A stretch of DNA of 64,000 nucleotides from Candidatus Krumholzibacteriia bacterium. GTDB taxonomy: Bacteria > Krumholzibacteriota > Krumholzibacteriia > LZORAL124-64-63. Both the position numbers and the translations under genes were made by a program. Each line of letters opens with the position of its first letter. The stretch's first letter is position 1. The stretch is from contig JBFXKG010000006.1 in assembly GCA_050174015.1 (NCBI GenBank), forward strand, positions 32,001 through 96,000. Direction: 5' to 3'. This document shows, piece after piece, positions 1-8,998 of the stretch. The notes below the pieces were generated by a model that searched no databases, was not told the DNA's origin, and worked only from the letters and a program-made list of their open reading frames with translations.

Positions 1-821
1 ACGAACCCGGTCCCCTTCTCCGGATCGGCATGATGGTCGCCGATGATGGGGATCACCCGATCGGCCAGGGGCAGGCGGACCTGCCTGCCGATCAGGTGCT
101 TCCGTTCGGGATCGTTCGGGTGCACGGCCACGGCCGTGTCGCCGAACATGGTCTCCGGACGGGTGGTCGCCACCGTGACCGAGCCCCCGCCGTCGGCCAG
201 GGGATAGGTCAGATGCCAGTAGCGTCCATCGAGCTCCCGGTACTCCACCTCGTCGTCGCTGATGGCGGTCAGACAGTGGGGGCACCAGTTGACCAGGTAC
301 ATGTCCCGGTAGATCAGGCCGCGGTCCTTGAGCCGGATGAACGCCTCGGTCACCGCCCGGTTGCGGGCCTCGTCCATGGTGAAGGCCTCGCGGCTCCAGT
401 CCAGGCTGCAGCCCAGGCGCTTGATCTGCTGCGTGATGCGGCCATGGGTGACGTCCTTCCAGGCCCAGGCCTTCTCCAGGAAGACCTCCCGGCCGACGGA
501 CCGCTTGTCCAGACCCTCGGCGGCCATCTGCCTGCCGACCACCTGCTCGGTGGCGATGCTGGCGTGGTCCGTGCCGGGCACCCACAGGGCGGGGCGCCCC
601 CGCATCCTCGCCCAGCGGATCAGCGTGTCCTGGATGGAGTTGCCCAGGCAGTGCCCCATGTGGAGGATGCCGGTGACGTTCGGTGGAGGCAGGGTGACGA
701 CGAAGGGATCCCCCTCCAGATCCTCGTCGGGGGCGAACAGTCCCGCACCCTCCCAGGCCGCATACCATTTCTGCTCGATGCCCTCGGGGTTGTACTGGGA
801 CATTTGCCTGATGTCTTCCAC
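1..821 (-). CDS. valS: Valyl-tRNA synthetase, N-terminal part (runs off the window start)
   Basis: Manual translation of the minus strand gives MSQYNPEGIEQKWY...PPPNVTGILHMGH...WVPGTDHASIATE. GTG at 821 follows AGGAG; alternative ATG at 803. Not in the ORF track because it is truncated. Confidence 0.95.
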   Translation of the reverse strand, partial: MEDIRQMSQYNPEGIEQKWYAAWEGAGLFAPDEDLEGDPFVVTLPPPNVTGILHMGHCLGNSIQDTLIRWARMRGRPALWVPGTDHASIATEQVVGRQMAAEGLDKRSVGREVFLEKAWAWKDVTHGRITQQIKRLGCSLDWSREAFTMDEARNRAVTEAFIRLKDRGLIYRDMYLVNWCPHCLTAISDDEVEYRELDGRYWHLTYPLADGGGSVTVATTRPETMFGDTAVAVHPNDPERKHLIGRQVRLPLADRVIPIIGDHHADPEKGTGF

Positions 822-955
822 GCGATTCTCCTGGATGTGGCCCGTACCGGCGAAAATTGTTCGAGTCGGGGAATTTAACACCTCGCAGGGTGCGGGGCAA
901 TATGGGCCTGACGGGCGGCCCGGGCTCTGCTATGCTGGGATCGACGGCACCCCGG

Positions 956-3502
956 ATGACAGCGGCCCCGGAGGTCACCTTGCGCTACCAGGGCGTCTAC
1001 AGCGAAAGCAGCTTCGAACGCTGGTCCCGCCGCTTCGGTCTCTTCATCCTCGTCCCCCTGTTCCTGCTCACGAGCCTCGCCGTCGTCATCCGCATCGCCC
1101 AGAAGCCCGAACTGGGATTGACCGTCCACGAGCTGCGTGTCGTCTCGGTGATCCCGGACGGCCCCGCCGCGCGCGCCGGCCTGCGGGAAGGCGACCTCAT
1201 CAAGGGTGTGGGCCACCGCCTGGTCCGGGACATGACCGGATACTACGCGGCCCTGGCCAGGCATCTCGAGCTCGCCCCCCTGCCGCTTCTGGTCGAACGC
1301 GAGGGCCAGGATTGCGCCCTGGTGCTCGTGCCGGCCCTGCCCGGCCAGGCCAGGCTGATCCGCAACTACAGCCTGTGGGTGGTGGGATTGACCTTCCTGA
1401 TGATCGGCTGGTGGGTTCTCCAGCGCCGTCCCGACCCGGTGACGCGCAACTTCTTCTCCCTCTGCTTCATCTTCGCGTTCTTCCTGATGGAGATCCCCGA
1501 CCTGCCCGTCGACGCCTACATGTGGATCAAGGAACGCCTGCGGCTGCTGTTCCAGTTCCTGCTGCCGGCCTACTTCCTGCGTTTCTTCCTGCAGTTCCCC
1601 AGCCTGCGGCGGACCTCCCGGGGCGAGGCGGCCAAGCTGCGGCTGTTGCTGGTCCCCGGCTGGCTCCTGTTCGCCGCCTCCCTCGCGGTGGACCTGGCCC
1701 GGCTGGATACCCCCGGCCGGACGCTCAAACCCGTGCTGGAGATCATCGCCCTGGTCTACATGTCGGGATTCTTCCTGGCGGGACTGGTCATCTTCGGGAA
1801 GCGGGCGCTCCGGAAGGACCGACCCATCCAGCAATCCAAGATGCGGGTCATCCTCATCGGGCTGGTCGGGGGTCTGGTGCCGTTTCTGGCGGCCGCCGTC
1901 GTCGGCAACCTCGCCCCGGGCAGCGCCCTGCCCCAGTGGCAGTACCTGGCCTTCTCGCTGCTGCTCGTGCCGGCCAGCTTCGGACTGGCGATCATGCGTT
2001 TCGGCGCCCTCGACCGCAACTTCATCGTCCGCACGAGCATGACCTACGGGTTGCTGACCGTCCTGGTCCTGTGCGGCTATCTGGTGGTGATCATGGGTCT
2101 GAGCCAGGTCTTCGAGAACTGGCTCGAGGTCGACTCGGAGCGCCTCCTGCTGGTGCTGGTCGCCCTCAGCGGACTGGTGGTCCTGCCCTTGCGCCGCCTG
2201 GTCCAGGGCTGGGTGGACCGGGCCTTCTATCCCTCCCGCATGGCCACCCGCCGGGCCATGACCGCCATCGCCCAGGAGCTGACGGGCCTGATCGAGTCCG
2301 AGGACGTGATCAGCCACATGAAGGGGAGGCTCGTCGGGCTCTTCCGCCCCCAGACCTTCCACCTTTATCTCACGGCGGACTCCGCTCCCGGAGTCCTGGT
2401 CCCGTGGGGGGAGTCGGGCGCCATCCCCACCGCCGACGCCGGCCTGCCGCCCCTGCCGGTCGACAGCGGTCTGGCCCGGCTCCTGGACAGGCTGCGGCGA
2501 CCCATCTTCACCGAGGAGATCGACGACCTCCTTTTCGCCGCCGGAAGCGACCCCTCGTCCAGCGGACTGCCGGCAGGTCTCCGGGCGCAGCTGCTCGTCC
2601 CCCTGGTGACCGGCAACCGGTTGCTGGGATTCCTGGCCTTCGGCGACAAGAAGGGCGGATCCCTCTACAGCCAGGACGATCTGGCCAACCTCCAGGCCCT
2701 GGCCGTGCAGGCCGCGCCCGTCATCGAGAGCCGCCGGCTGTACCACGACAGCCTCCGCCAGAAGCGTCTGGAGACCGAGCTGCAACTGGCCAAGGAGATC
2801 CAGTCCTCCCTGCTGCCCACCGGTCCGCTATCCGGTCCCGGCTTCGTCATCGCCGGACGCAACCAGGCCTGCCGCATGGTGGGAGGCGACTACTTCGACT
2901 ACTTCCTGCGCTCAGACGGCACCCTCGGCTTCGCCATCGGTGACGTATCGGGGAAGGGCATCCCCGCATCCTTGCTCATGGCCTCCCTCCGGGTGGCCTT
3001 CCGGAGCGAGGTGGAGGCGGCCGGCCGGCCCCGGGAGGTGGTGAGCCGCGTCAACCGTCAGATCTGCGCCCTGATCACCCAGGACCGTTTCGTGTCCTTC
3101 TTCTACGGGATCCTCGATCCGCGCACCAGGTGCCTGCGGTTCTGCAACGCGGGCATGGATCCTCCGCTGGTGTTCCGCCGCGGCACCGGGATCCTCGAAT
3201 CCCTGAAGCGCGGCGGCATGGTGCTCGGAGTGGCGCCGGATCACCCCTACCGGGGCGGAGAGCTCACCCTCGGAACGGGAGACGTGGTCTTCCTGTTCAC
3301 CGATGGGCTTTCCGAGCAGCAGAACCCCGACGGCGAATTCTTCGACGCCCGGAGGTTGCAGGATGCCGTGGGAGCGAACCTCGACCGGGAACCGGAGGAC
3401 CTGCTGGAGGAAATTTTTGGCATCGTGGATGCATTCGGATCAGGGGTGGAATCCGATGACAGGACCGCAATTATCTTGAAAATCAACGACTTGAATAATT
3501 AA
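956..3502 (+). CDS. Membrane sensor PP2C/SpoIIE-family phosphatase (TM-PDZ-multi-TM-GAF-SpoIIE)
   Basis: PDZ-like VVSVIPDGPAARAGLREGDLI; several hydrophobic helices; GAF-like segment; SpoIIE motifs VGGDYFD, IGDVSGKG, LFTDGLSE, DDRT. Start uncertain (ORF opens at 857). Confidence 0.88.
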   Translation: MTAAPEVTLRYQGVYSESSFERWSRRFGLFILVPLFLLTSLAVVIRIAQKPELGLTVHELRVVSVIPDGPAARAGLREGDLIKGVGHRLVRDMTGYYAALARHLELAPLPLLVEREGQDCALVLVPALPGQARLIRNYSLWVVGLTFLMIGWWVLQRRPDPVTRNFFSLCFIFAFFLMEIPDLPVDAYMWIKERLRLLFQFLLPAYFLRFFLQFPSLRRTSRGEAAKLRLLLVPGWLLFAASLAVDLARLDTPGRTLKPVLEIIALVYMSGFFLAGLVIFGKRALRKDRPIQQSKMRVILIGLVGGLVPFLAAAVVGNLAPGSALPQWQYLAFSLLLVPASFGLAIMRFGALDRNFIVRTSMTYGLLTVLVLCGYLVVIMGLSQVFENWLEVDSERLLLVLVALSGLVVLPLRRLVQGWVDRAFYPSRMATRRAMTAIAQELTGLIESEDVISHMKGRLVGLFRPQTFHLYLTADSAPGVLVPWGESGAIPTADAGLPPLPVDSGLARLLDRLRRPIFTEEIDDLLFAAGSDPSSSGLPAGLRAQLLVPLVTGNRLLGFLAFGDKKGGSLYSQDDLANLQALAVQAAPVIESRRLYHDSLRQKRLETELQLAKEIQSSLLPTGPLSGPGFVIAGRNQACRMVGGDYFDYFLRSDGTLGFAIGDVSGKGIPASLLMASLRVAFRSEVEAAGRPREVVSRVNRQICALITQDRFVSFFYGILDPRTRCLRFCNAGMDPPLVFRRGTGILESLKRGGMVLGVAPDHPYRGGELTLGTGDVVFLFTDGLSEQQNPDGEFFDARRLQDAVGANLDREPEDLLEEIFGIVDAFGSGVESDDRTAIILKINDLNN
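3481..3493 (+). promoter_or_regulatory. IHF-binding consensus site
   Basis: AATCAACGACTTG is an exact match to WATCAANNNNTTR, just upstream of a sigma54 -24/-12 motif. Confidence 0.6.
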
Positions 3503-3510
3503 AGATATCC

Positions 3511-3526
3511 CGGTATCCAAATTGCT
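3511..3526 (+). promoter_or_regulatory. sigma54-type promoter (-24/-12)
   Basis: CGGTATCCAAATTGCT: GG-N10-GC with TTGCT. Confidence 0.6.
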
Positions 3527-3606
3527 CAAGCTGCCTGGGATGCGGCCGATTCCCAGGGATTTTCCACGATGAAATTCCCCTCAAGCAGCAGGAATCCCGG
3601 TCGAAA
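3526..3606 (+). promoter_or_regulatory. Two tandem sigma28(FliA/WhiG)-like promoter motifs
   Basis: TCAAG-N14-GCCGAT (3526-3550) and TCAAG-N14-GTCGAA (3581-3605). Confidence 0.5.
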
Positions 3607-3659
3607 TCCTGGAAGTCCACGATCCATTCACCTTACAAGGAAGAAAGGGGGGATCGGCA

Positions 3660-3728
3660 ATGGGACCTGAAACCTACATCGTCATCGGTCTTTCACTGAT
3701 CGATCTCTTTTGGTGGCTGAGGAAATGA
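3660..3728 (+). CDS. Putative 22-aa hydrophobic small protein MGPETYIVIGLSLIDLFWWLRK
   Basis: Purine-rich RBS (AAGGGGGG) ahead of ATG 3660; own promoter motifs and terminator; too short for the ORF track. Confidence 0.5.
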   Translation: MGPETYIVIGLSLIDLFWWLRK

Positions 3729-3742
3729 TCACAGCCTGCTAG

Positions 3743-3786
3743 GCCCCTGGCCGACCGGTGAGAACCCAGGCCAGGGGCTTTCGTTT
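3743..3786 (+). terminator. Intrinsic terminator
   Basis: Stem GCCCCTGGCC/GGCCAGGGGC followed by TTTCGTTT. Confidence 0.75.
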
Positions 3787-3799
3787 GCCCTGAAGCCGG

Positions 3800-4336
3800 T
3801 CAGCCGCCCATGACCTGACGGATCATCCCCTCGTACTCGGCCTTGGTCTGGCCGCCGATCCACATCTTCCGCACGATGCCCCGCCCGTCCACCAGGTAGG
3901 TCGTCGGCAAGCTGGAGACCCGGTAGTCCTGGAAGACCTGCGGGCTGCCGATCGCCATGGGAAAGGTCAGCCCCCTGGCCCCGACGAAGGAGCGGACCTT
4001 GGCCTCGCCTTCCTGGCCTGCGGCGATCCCGACCACCACCACATCCCCTGAGAATCCGACGCTGATGTCCTGCAGGTGAGGCATGGCCTCACGGCAGGGA
4101 GGGCACCAGGTATCCCAGAAATCCAGCAGGACGGTTTTCCCCCGGAGGTCGGACAGGGTGAGGGACTCCCCGTCCAGTCCGGCCAGGGTGAAGTCCGGCG
4201 CCACCTGCCCCACACCTGTTCCCGTGGACGCATCGCCCAGGGATCCGGTCTCCGCCTGGTTTCCGTCGTCGGTGCCGCACCCCGCGGCCACCAGGGCCAG
4301 TGCGGCGAACATGAGGAGCGACCATTTCCTGAACAT
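3800..4336 (-). CDS. TlpA/ResA-family thiol:disulfide oxidoreductase lipoprotein
   Basis: Lipobox LVAAGC; APDFTL; DFWDTWCPPC; LPTTYLVD. Confidence 0.9.
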   Translation of the reverse strand: MFRKWSLLMFAALALVAAGCGTDDGNQAETGSLGDASTGTGVGQVAPDFTLAGLDGESLTLSDLRGKTVLLDFWDTWCPPCREAMPHLQDISVGFSGDVVVVGIAAGQEGEAKVRSFVGARGLTFPMAIGSPQVFQDYRVSSLPTTYLVDGRGIVRKMWIGGQTKAEYEGMIRQVMGG

Positions 4337-4470
4337 CACTTCGGGGTCCTTTCCTGGCTGTGGAAAACCCGGCGCAGCCGGCCGGGCGTCGTCCATTCCA
4401 TCCTTCAGGAGGAAATATCGTATATCTTCAATTTTTTGCAACCATTGGTGGGATTCGGGGTTCACCCTCC

Positions 4471-4498
4471 TTGAATCCTGGTGGGATATTCGTATAGT
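4471..4498 (+). promoter_or_regulatory. sigma70-type promoter for dsbD
   Basis: TTGAAT-N16-TATAGT. Confidence 0.5.
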
Positions 4499-4544
4499 AG
4501 ACGCACCCGATCGGTGCGATACACCAACCAAGCGAGGATCCGGC

Positions 4545-6398
4545 TTGACCCGCAAAACCCTCAGCCCGGCCGCCGCCCTGGCGCTGCCCCTTTTCCTGTT
4601 CATCTCTCCCGCCTCCGGACAGACCCCCATCCCGGGTCTGGAGGTCGAGGTCAGCCTCCGGAGCGAAGTCGCCGAGATCGGCAAGGATCTGGTCCTGGAC
4701 GTCGCCGTCGATCCCGGTCCTGGAGCCAAGCTCCTGGCCGAGGGCTGGGCCATCGCCGTCCGCGACGCCGCCGATCCCCTCTTCCCGGCCGAGCCCTATC
4801 CCGTACGCCTGGTGTCGGCCGCGCCGGAAGGACGGGACCAGGGATTCCTGCCCTCGCCCGCCCGGTTCGAGTGGGCTGCGCCGATCCCCACCGGGACCGA
4901 GCCCGGGGTCAGGGACCTGATCGTGACCGCGACCGCGATGCAGGAGGACGGGACCGTCGTCGAGGGCCGCTGGGAAGGTCCGGTGACCGTGGATTTCGGC
5001 GAGGACTGGTCGGCGGACAAGATCACCGCCTTCATCGAGCGCAGGGGCCTGGGCCTGTTCCTGGTGGTCGTCTTCGGATTCGGCCTGTTGATGAGCCTGT
5101 CCCCCTGCATCTATCCGATGATCCCCATCACCCTGGCGGTCATCGGCGCCCAGAGCCAGGAGAAGGGCGCCCTTCACGGCCTGGTCATGTCCGTGACCTA
5201 CGTCGTGGGCATGGCCCTGGTCTACGCCATCCTCGGCGCCCTGAGCGCCACCGTGTTCAGCGGCATCACGGCGTTCATGCAGAGCCCCGCCGTCCTCGTG
5301 CCCCTGGCCCTGCTGCTGGTGGCCCTTTCCTTCGGCATGTTCGGGGCCTTCGAGCTGGAGGCACCGGCCTTCATCCGCGACCGCCTGCAAGGATCCGGCC
5401 GCACGGGCAAGCGCGGCGGATTCATCGGCGCCTTCGTCATGGGAATGGTGGCCGGCCTGGTGGCGTCGCCCTGCGTGGGGCCCTTCCTGGCGGCCCTCCT
5501 GGTCTGGGTAGGCACGACGGGGAACTGGGTCCTGGGTTTCTTCTCCCTGTTCACCTTCGGCATCGGCATGGGGCTGCTCCTGATCGGGGTGGGAACCTTC
5601 CCCGCCCTGCTGGGATCCATGCCCCGCAGCGGCGGCTGGATGGTGACCGTGAAGAACTTCATGGGCCTGCTGCTCCTGGCCATGGCCTTCTACTTCGTCC
5701 GACCCGGCGCGGTGCTTCCGGTGACCGCCTTCTACCCCCTGCTGGGGGCCACGGCCATCCTGGTCTCGGTCTTCATGGGGGCCTTCGAGGGGCTCGGATC
5801 CGCGGAGTCCTGGTGGCCCCGGGCGCGCAAGGGCCTGGGCCTGATCGTCTTCCTGTTCGGCCTCCACTTCTTCCTGGGGGGCCTGATCTGGCACACCAAC
5901 CTGATGCCCCGGCCGGCGGTCGAAGCGGTCCCGCCCGCGGCCATGCCCCGGGATCCGACCCGATCCCTGACCGGGGATGCCGATCCCGGCGTCGCCGGCG
6001 CAGCGACGGCGTCCCTGCCCGCCAAGGTCCCCTGGGAGGTCCTCGCCACCGGTGCGGGGCCCCGCCCCATCCTGGACGCCCGGCTGGCCGAGGCCAAGGC
6101 GGCCGGCAAGCCGGTGATGATCGACTTCTGGGCCGAGTGGTGCGTCTACTGCAAGAAGCTGGACAAGCTGGTCTGGAAGGATCCCGCGGTCGTCGAGGAG
6201 TCCTTGCGCTTCGTCACGATCAAGTTCGACGCGACCGCGCCCGACGACGAGGAGATGGCGGCCATCAAGAAGCTGTTTCAGGTCACGGGACTGCCGCGGG
6301 TGGTGTTCATCGACAGCCGGGGCGAGATCCTGCACGGCCGCAGCCAGGGTTTCCTGGAGGCGCCCGCGATGCTCGAGGTCATGCAGAGCATCCGCTGA
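4545..6398 (+). CDS. dsbD: Thiol:disulfide interchange protein, DsbD family
   Basis: TM-domain cysteines in SPCIYPMIPIT and ASPCVGP; C-terminal thioredoxin DFWAEWCVYCK. TTG start at 4545 after GAGG. Confidence 0.88.
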   Translation: MTRKTLSPAAALALPLFLFISPASGQTPIPGLEVEVSLRSEVAEIGKDLVLDVAVDPGPGAKLLAEGWAIAVRDAADPLFPAEPYPVRLVSAAPEGRDQGFLPSPARFEWAAPIPTGTEPGVRDLIVTATAMQEDGTVVEGRWEGPVTVDFGEDWSADKITAFIERRGLGLFLVVVFGFGLLMSLSPCIYPMIPITLAVIGAQSQEKGALHGLVMSVTYVVGMALVYAILGALSATVFSGITAFMQSPAVLVPLALLLVALSFGMFGAFELEAPAFIRDRLQGSGRTGKRGGFIGAFVMGMVAGLVASPCVGPFLAALLVWVGTTGNWVLGFFSLFTFGIGMGLLLIGVGTFPALLGSMPRSGGWMVTVKNFMGLLLLAMAFYFVRPGAVLPVTAFYPLLGATAILVSVFMGAFEGLGSAESWWPRARKGLGLIVFLFGLHFFLGGLIWHTNLMPRPAVEAVPPAAMPRDPTRSLTGDADPGVAGAATASLPAKVPWEVLATGAGPRPILDARLAEAKAAGKPVMIDFWAEWCVYCKKLDKLVWKDPAVVEESLRFVTIKFDATAPDDEEMAAIKKLFQVTGLPRVVFIDSRGEILHGRSQGFLEAPAMLEVMQSIR

Positions 6399-6479
6399 GA
6401 ATCCGGGGCCTCCGGTCCGGATCGGACGAGGCCCGCCCTCCCGTGGATGGGTAGGCGGGCCTCGTCGGAAGTTCGAGGG

Positions 6480-7268
6480 CTACTGGAAACGGACTTCCGA
6501 CCGGCGGTCGACGTCGAAGACCTTCACCGGCCCCCCCACCTCGTTCTCGGTGATGACCTCCGGCATGCCGTCCCCGTCGATGTCCAGCAGCTCGATCCGG
6601 CTGAAGAAGTTCTGGTCCTCCCACTCCAGGTTGCCGCTGATGGGATCGATGACCTGCCCCGTGTTCAGGACGACCTCGACCCGACCGTCGCCGTCCACGT
6701 CGCCGCAGCGGATCATCGTGGCGGAATACTCGTCGATGCTCGTGAAGTCCTTGGTGAAGGTGGCCCCGTCGATCTGCACCAGGCGGCCGTCGGCGATCAT
6801 GACGATCTCCCGGGCCGGATCCTCGTCCAGGTTCGCCGTGGTGAAGCAGGCGATCTGCTGGTATTCCCCCGTCAGGGATTCCCAGAGCTGGTTGTAGTCC
6901 TCGAGCGACCACACGTAGATCTTGCCCGTGCCCGTGTTGCAGATGAGGGCGTCGTCGAGCCCGTCCCCCCCAAGGTCGGCCGCCAGGACCGTCTCGGGCA
7001 CCCCGCCCAGCTGGTTGCTCTTCCAGACCCGCTCGGCGCCACGGCCGTTCATCCTGATCACCTGGACCGTGCTGAACCGGTCACCCAGAGCGACGTACAT
7101 GCCGGCTTCCCCCTGCAGGGGCTCGAACATGGCCATGTGATCGAGCCGCTGGGCGGCCCAGGACAGGTCGCGGTACTGCTCGTAGGTCAGCTCCTCCTGG
7201 GCCAGGACGGGCAGGCAGGTGAGGATGAGGGCGATGACGCCCAGACAGGTCGCGGTTCTCTTCGGCAT
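6480..7268 (-). CDS. Secreted FG-GAP/VCBS-like repeat (beta-propeller) protein
   Basis: Signal peptide; repeats ADLGGDGLDD, NLDEDPARE, GDVDGDGRVE, DIDGDGMPE. Confidence 0.75.
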   Translation of the reverse strand: MPKRTATCLGVIALILTCLPVLAQEELTYEQYRDLSWAAQRLDHMAMFEPLQGEAGMYVALGDRFSTVQVIRMNGRGAERVWKSNQLGGVPETVLAADLGGDGLDDALICNTGTGKIYVWSLEDYNQLWESLTGEYQQIACFTTANLDEDPAREIVMIADGRLVQIDGATFTKDFTSIDEYSATMIRCGDVDGDGRVEVVLNTGQVIDPISGNLEWEDQNFFSRIELLDIDGDGMPEVITENEVGGPVKVFDVDRRSEVRFQ

Positions 7269-7395
7269 GATCCACCTCGTCCAGGATAGACAAGGCCGCC
7301 GGAGCCTCGCCCTCGAGCGGGCCGGCCGGCGACCGGAGCAGGGGTTCACGACCAATATAACCGATCCGGTCCGGAGGGTCATGCCCTGAGTCGCG

Positions 7396-8040
7396 CTACC
7401 AGGGCAGGAGGGTGCCGAGCCCGAACCGCGCCGACCAGTTGATGTAGTCGAGATCGTGGTACGTGTAGTGCTTGTACTGCCCGCGCAGCAGCACGAGGTA
7501 GCGGTCGGCGAGAACGACCTCGCATCCCAGCTCCGCGACCGGCGCCCAGTAGGTTTCGCTGGTCCGGTCGCCCTCGACCGGAAAGCTCACCGAGCTGAGA
7601 CCGACTCCCGCCCCGCCGAAGGGCAGGACGCGGGTGCCCTTCCGCTCGGCCGGTTGCAGGTACTTGCGGAACAGCAGATCTCCCGAGCGGATGCGGTAGC
7701 TGGTGTACATCTCCTGATAATCGACCTGCAGGACCATGGCCACGTTCCAGCCGGCGAGAGCGTTGATGAAGGAGGCGGCGGCTCCCGGATGGAAGATGAT
7801 CGCGCCCCCGTATCCGAACTGGTCGTTGGCATGGGAGAACCCGCCGCCCACTCCGACCTGGCCGACCAGGAAGACCGGGGAGTCGAGGTCGTGTCCGAGG
7901 TGGGAACGGGGCAGGGCCAGGCGCGGATTCACGCCGCCGTCCTGGGCCAGGAGGGCGGTTCGCGGTCCGGGCGCAAGAAGGAAGACCAGGGCTGCGAGGG
8001 CGGCCCACCGCCGCGGTCTGCCGCCGAAATGTACGGGCAT
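7396..8040 (-). CDS. Putative small outer-membrane beta-barrel protein
   Basis: Signal peptide, alternating beta-strand pattern (LPFGGAGVGL), C-terminal aromatic W. Confidence 0.6.
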   Translation of the reverse strand: MPVHFGGRPRRWAALAALVFLLAPGPRTALLAQDGGVNPRLALPRSHLGHDLDSPVFLVGQVGVGGGFSHANDQFGYGGAIIFHPGAAASFINALAGWNVAMVLQVDYQEMYTSYRIRSGDLLFRKYLQPAERKGTRVLPFGGAGVGLSSVSFPVEGDRTSETYWAPVAELGCEVVLADRYLVLLRGQYKHYTYHDLDYINWSARFGLGTLLPW

Positions 8041-8089
8041 CTCAAGGACCTTCCGTTTCCGGTTGGAGTGTCCAGCGACCACCAAGGAA

Positions 8090-8106
8090 CGCAAGGGGGA
8101 TGCCAA
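8090..8106 (-). promoter_or_regulatory. sigma54-type promoter for the beta-barrel gene
   Basis: Minus strand TTGGCATCCCCCTTGCG (GG-N10-GC). Confidence 0.7.
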
Positions 8107-8242
8107 ACCGGGCGGCTCCCATTTCATCCCTATTGCATTGTCTTTAAAAGGGTTGTAGTTTCCATGCAACGATCCACCGCACCAGTGCGAAGGACGGGTT
8201 CCGGTTCGTGGCCGGAATCCTGGCAGCGAAGGACGCCCACTC

Positions 8243-8890
8243 ATGCGAGAAACCGGCTCGGCGGACCCCGGCCTTCCGGACGAATTCCTGACCCTCGCGG
8301 GGCCCGGCGGGTCCGAGATCAAGATCCAGCGGTCCCGATTCCTGGGATTCGCCGCCCCCGCCCCGGACGAGACCGCAGCGCGGGAGTTCCTGGCGGATCT
8401 GACCAGGAGGTACCATGACGCTCGCCACCACTGCTCCGCCTGGCGGCTGGGACGTCCCCCTTCCGTCCAGGAGGTGCGCAACGACGCCGGGGAGCCGGCC
8501 GGCACCGCCGGCGAACCCATCCTCGCCGCCCTGCGCAGGATCGACGTCTCCGACGCGGCGTGCGTCGTGGTCAGGTATTTCGGGGGAGTCAAGCTGGGCA
8601 CCGGCGGTCTGGCCAGGGCCTACGGTGAGGCGGCCGCCGCCGCCGTGGCGGCGGCCGGCACGCGCACGATCCTGCTGGGTCGTAGGTTCGCCCTGCGTTT
8701 TCCCTACGCCCAGCAGAGGACGGTCTCCCACCTCCTGGTCCGGCACGGGGGCCGGGTGGAGCAGGAGGAGTTCGCAGCCGAGGTCCGGTGGATCGTGTGG
8801 CTCCCCCATTCCTGTTGGCGGGGATTCGCCTCCGCGCTGACCGAGGCCACGGCGGCTGCGGTGACGGCCGACCCCCTTCCCGACCCTTGA
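8243..8890 (+). CDS. yigZ: YigZ/IMPACT family protein
   Basis: IQRSRFLG, HHCSAW, DAGEPAGTAG, VVRYFGGVKLGTGGLARAY. Confidence 0.92.
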   Translation: MRETGSADPGLPDEFLTLAGPGGSEIKIQRSRFLGFAAPAPDETAAREFLADLTRRYHDARHHCSAWRLGRPPSVQEVRNDAGEPAGTAGEPILAALRRIDVSDAACVVVRYFGGVKLGTGGLARAYGEAAAAAVAAAGTRTILLGRRFALRFPYAQQRTVSHLLVRHGGRVEQEEFAAEVRWIVWLPHSCWRGFASALTEATAAAVTADPLPDP

Positions 8891-8937
8891 GAACCCGGCC
8901 TGCCGGAGGAAGGGGTGGCCGCCGGGCGCCCATCGAA

Positions 8938-8970
8938 GAAACGGCCCCGGCTGATCGCCGGGGCCGTTTC
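8938..8970. terminator. Bidirectional intrinsic terminator between yigZ and the sigma gene
   Basis: AAACGGCCCCGG...CCGGGGCCGTTT inverted repeat between convergent genes. Confidence 0.75.
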
Positions 8971-8998
8971 CGCTCGCCTCGTTGCAGGGGAACGCGGT

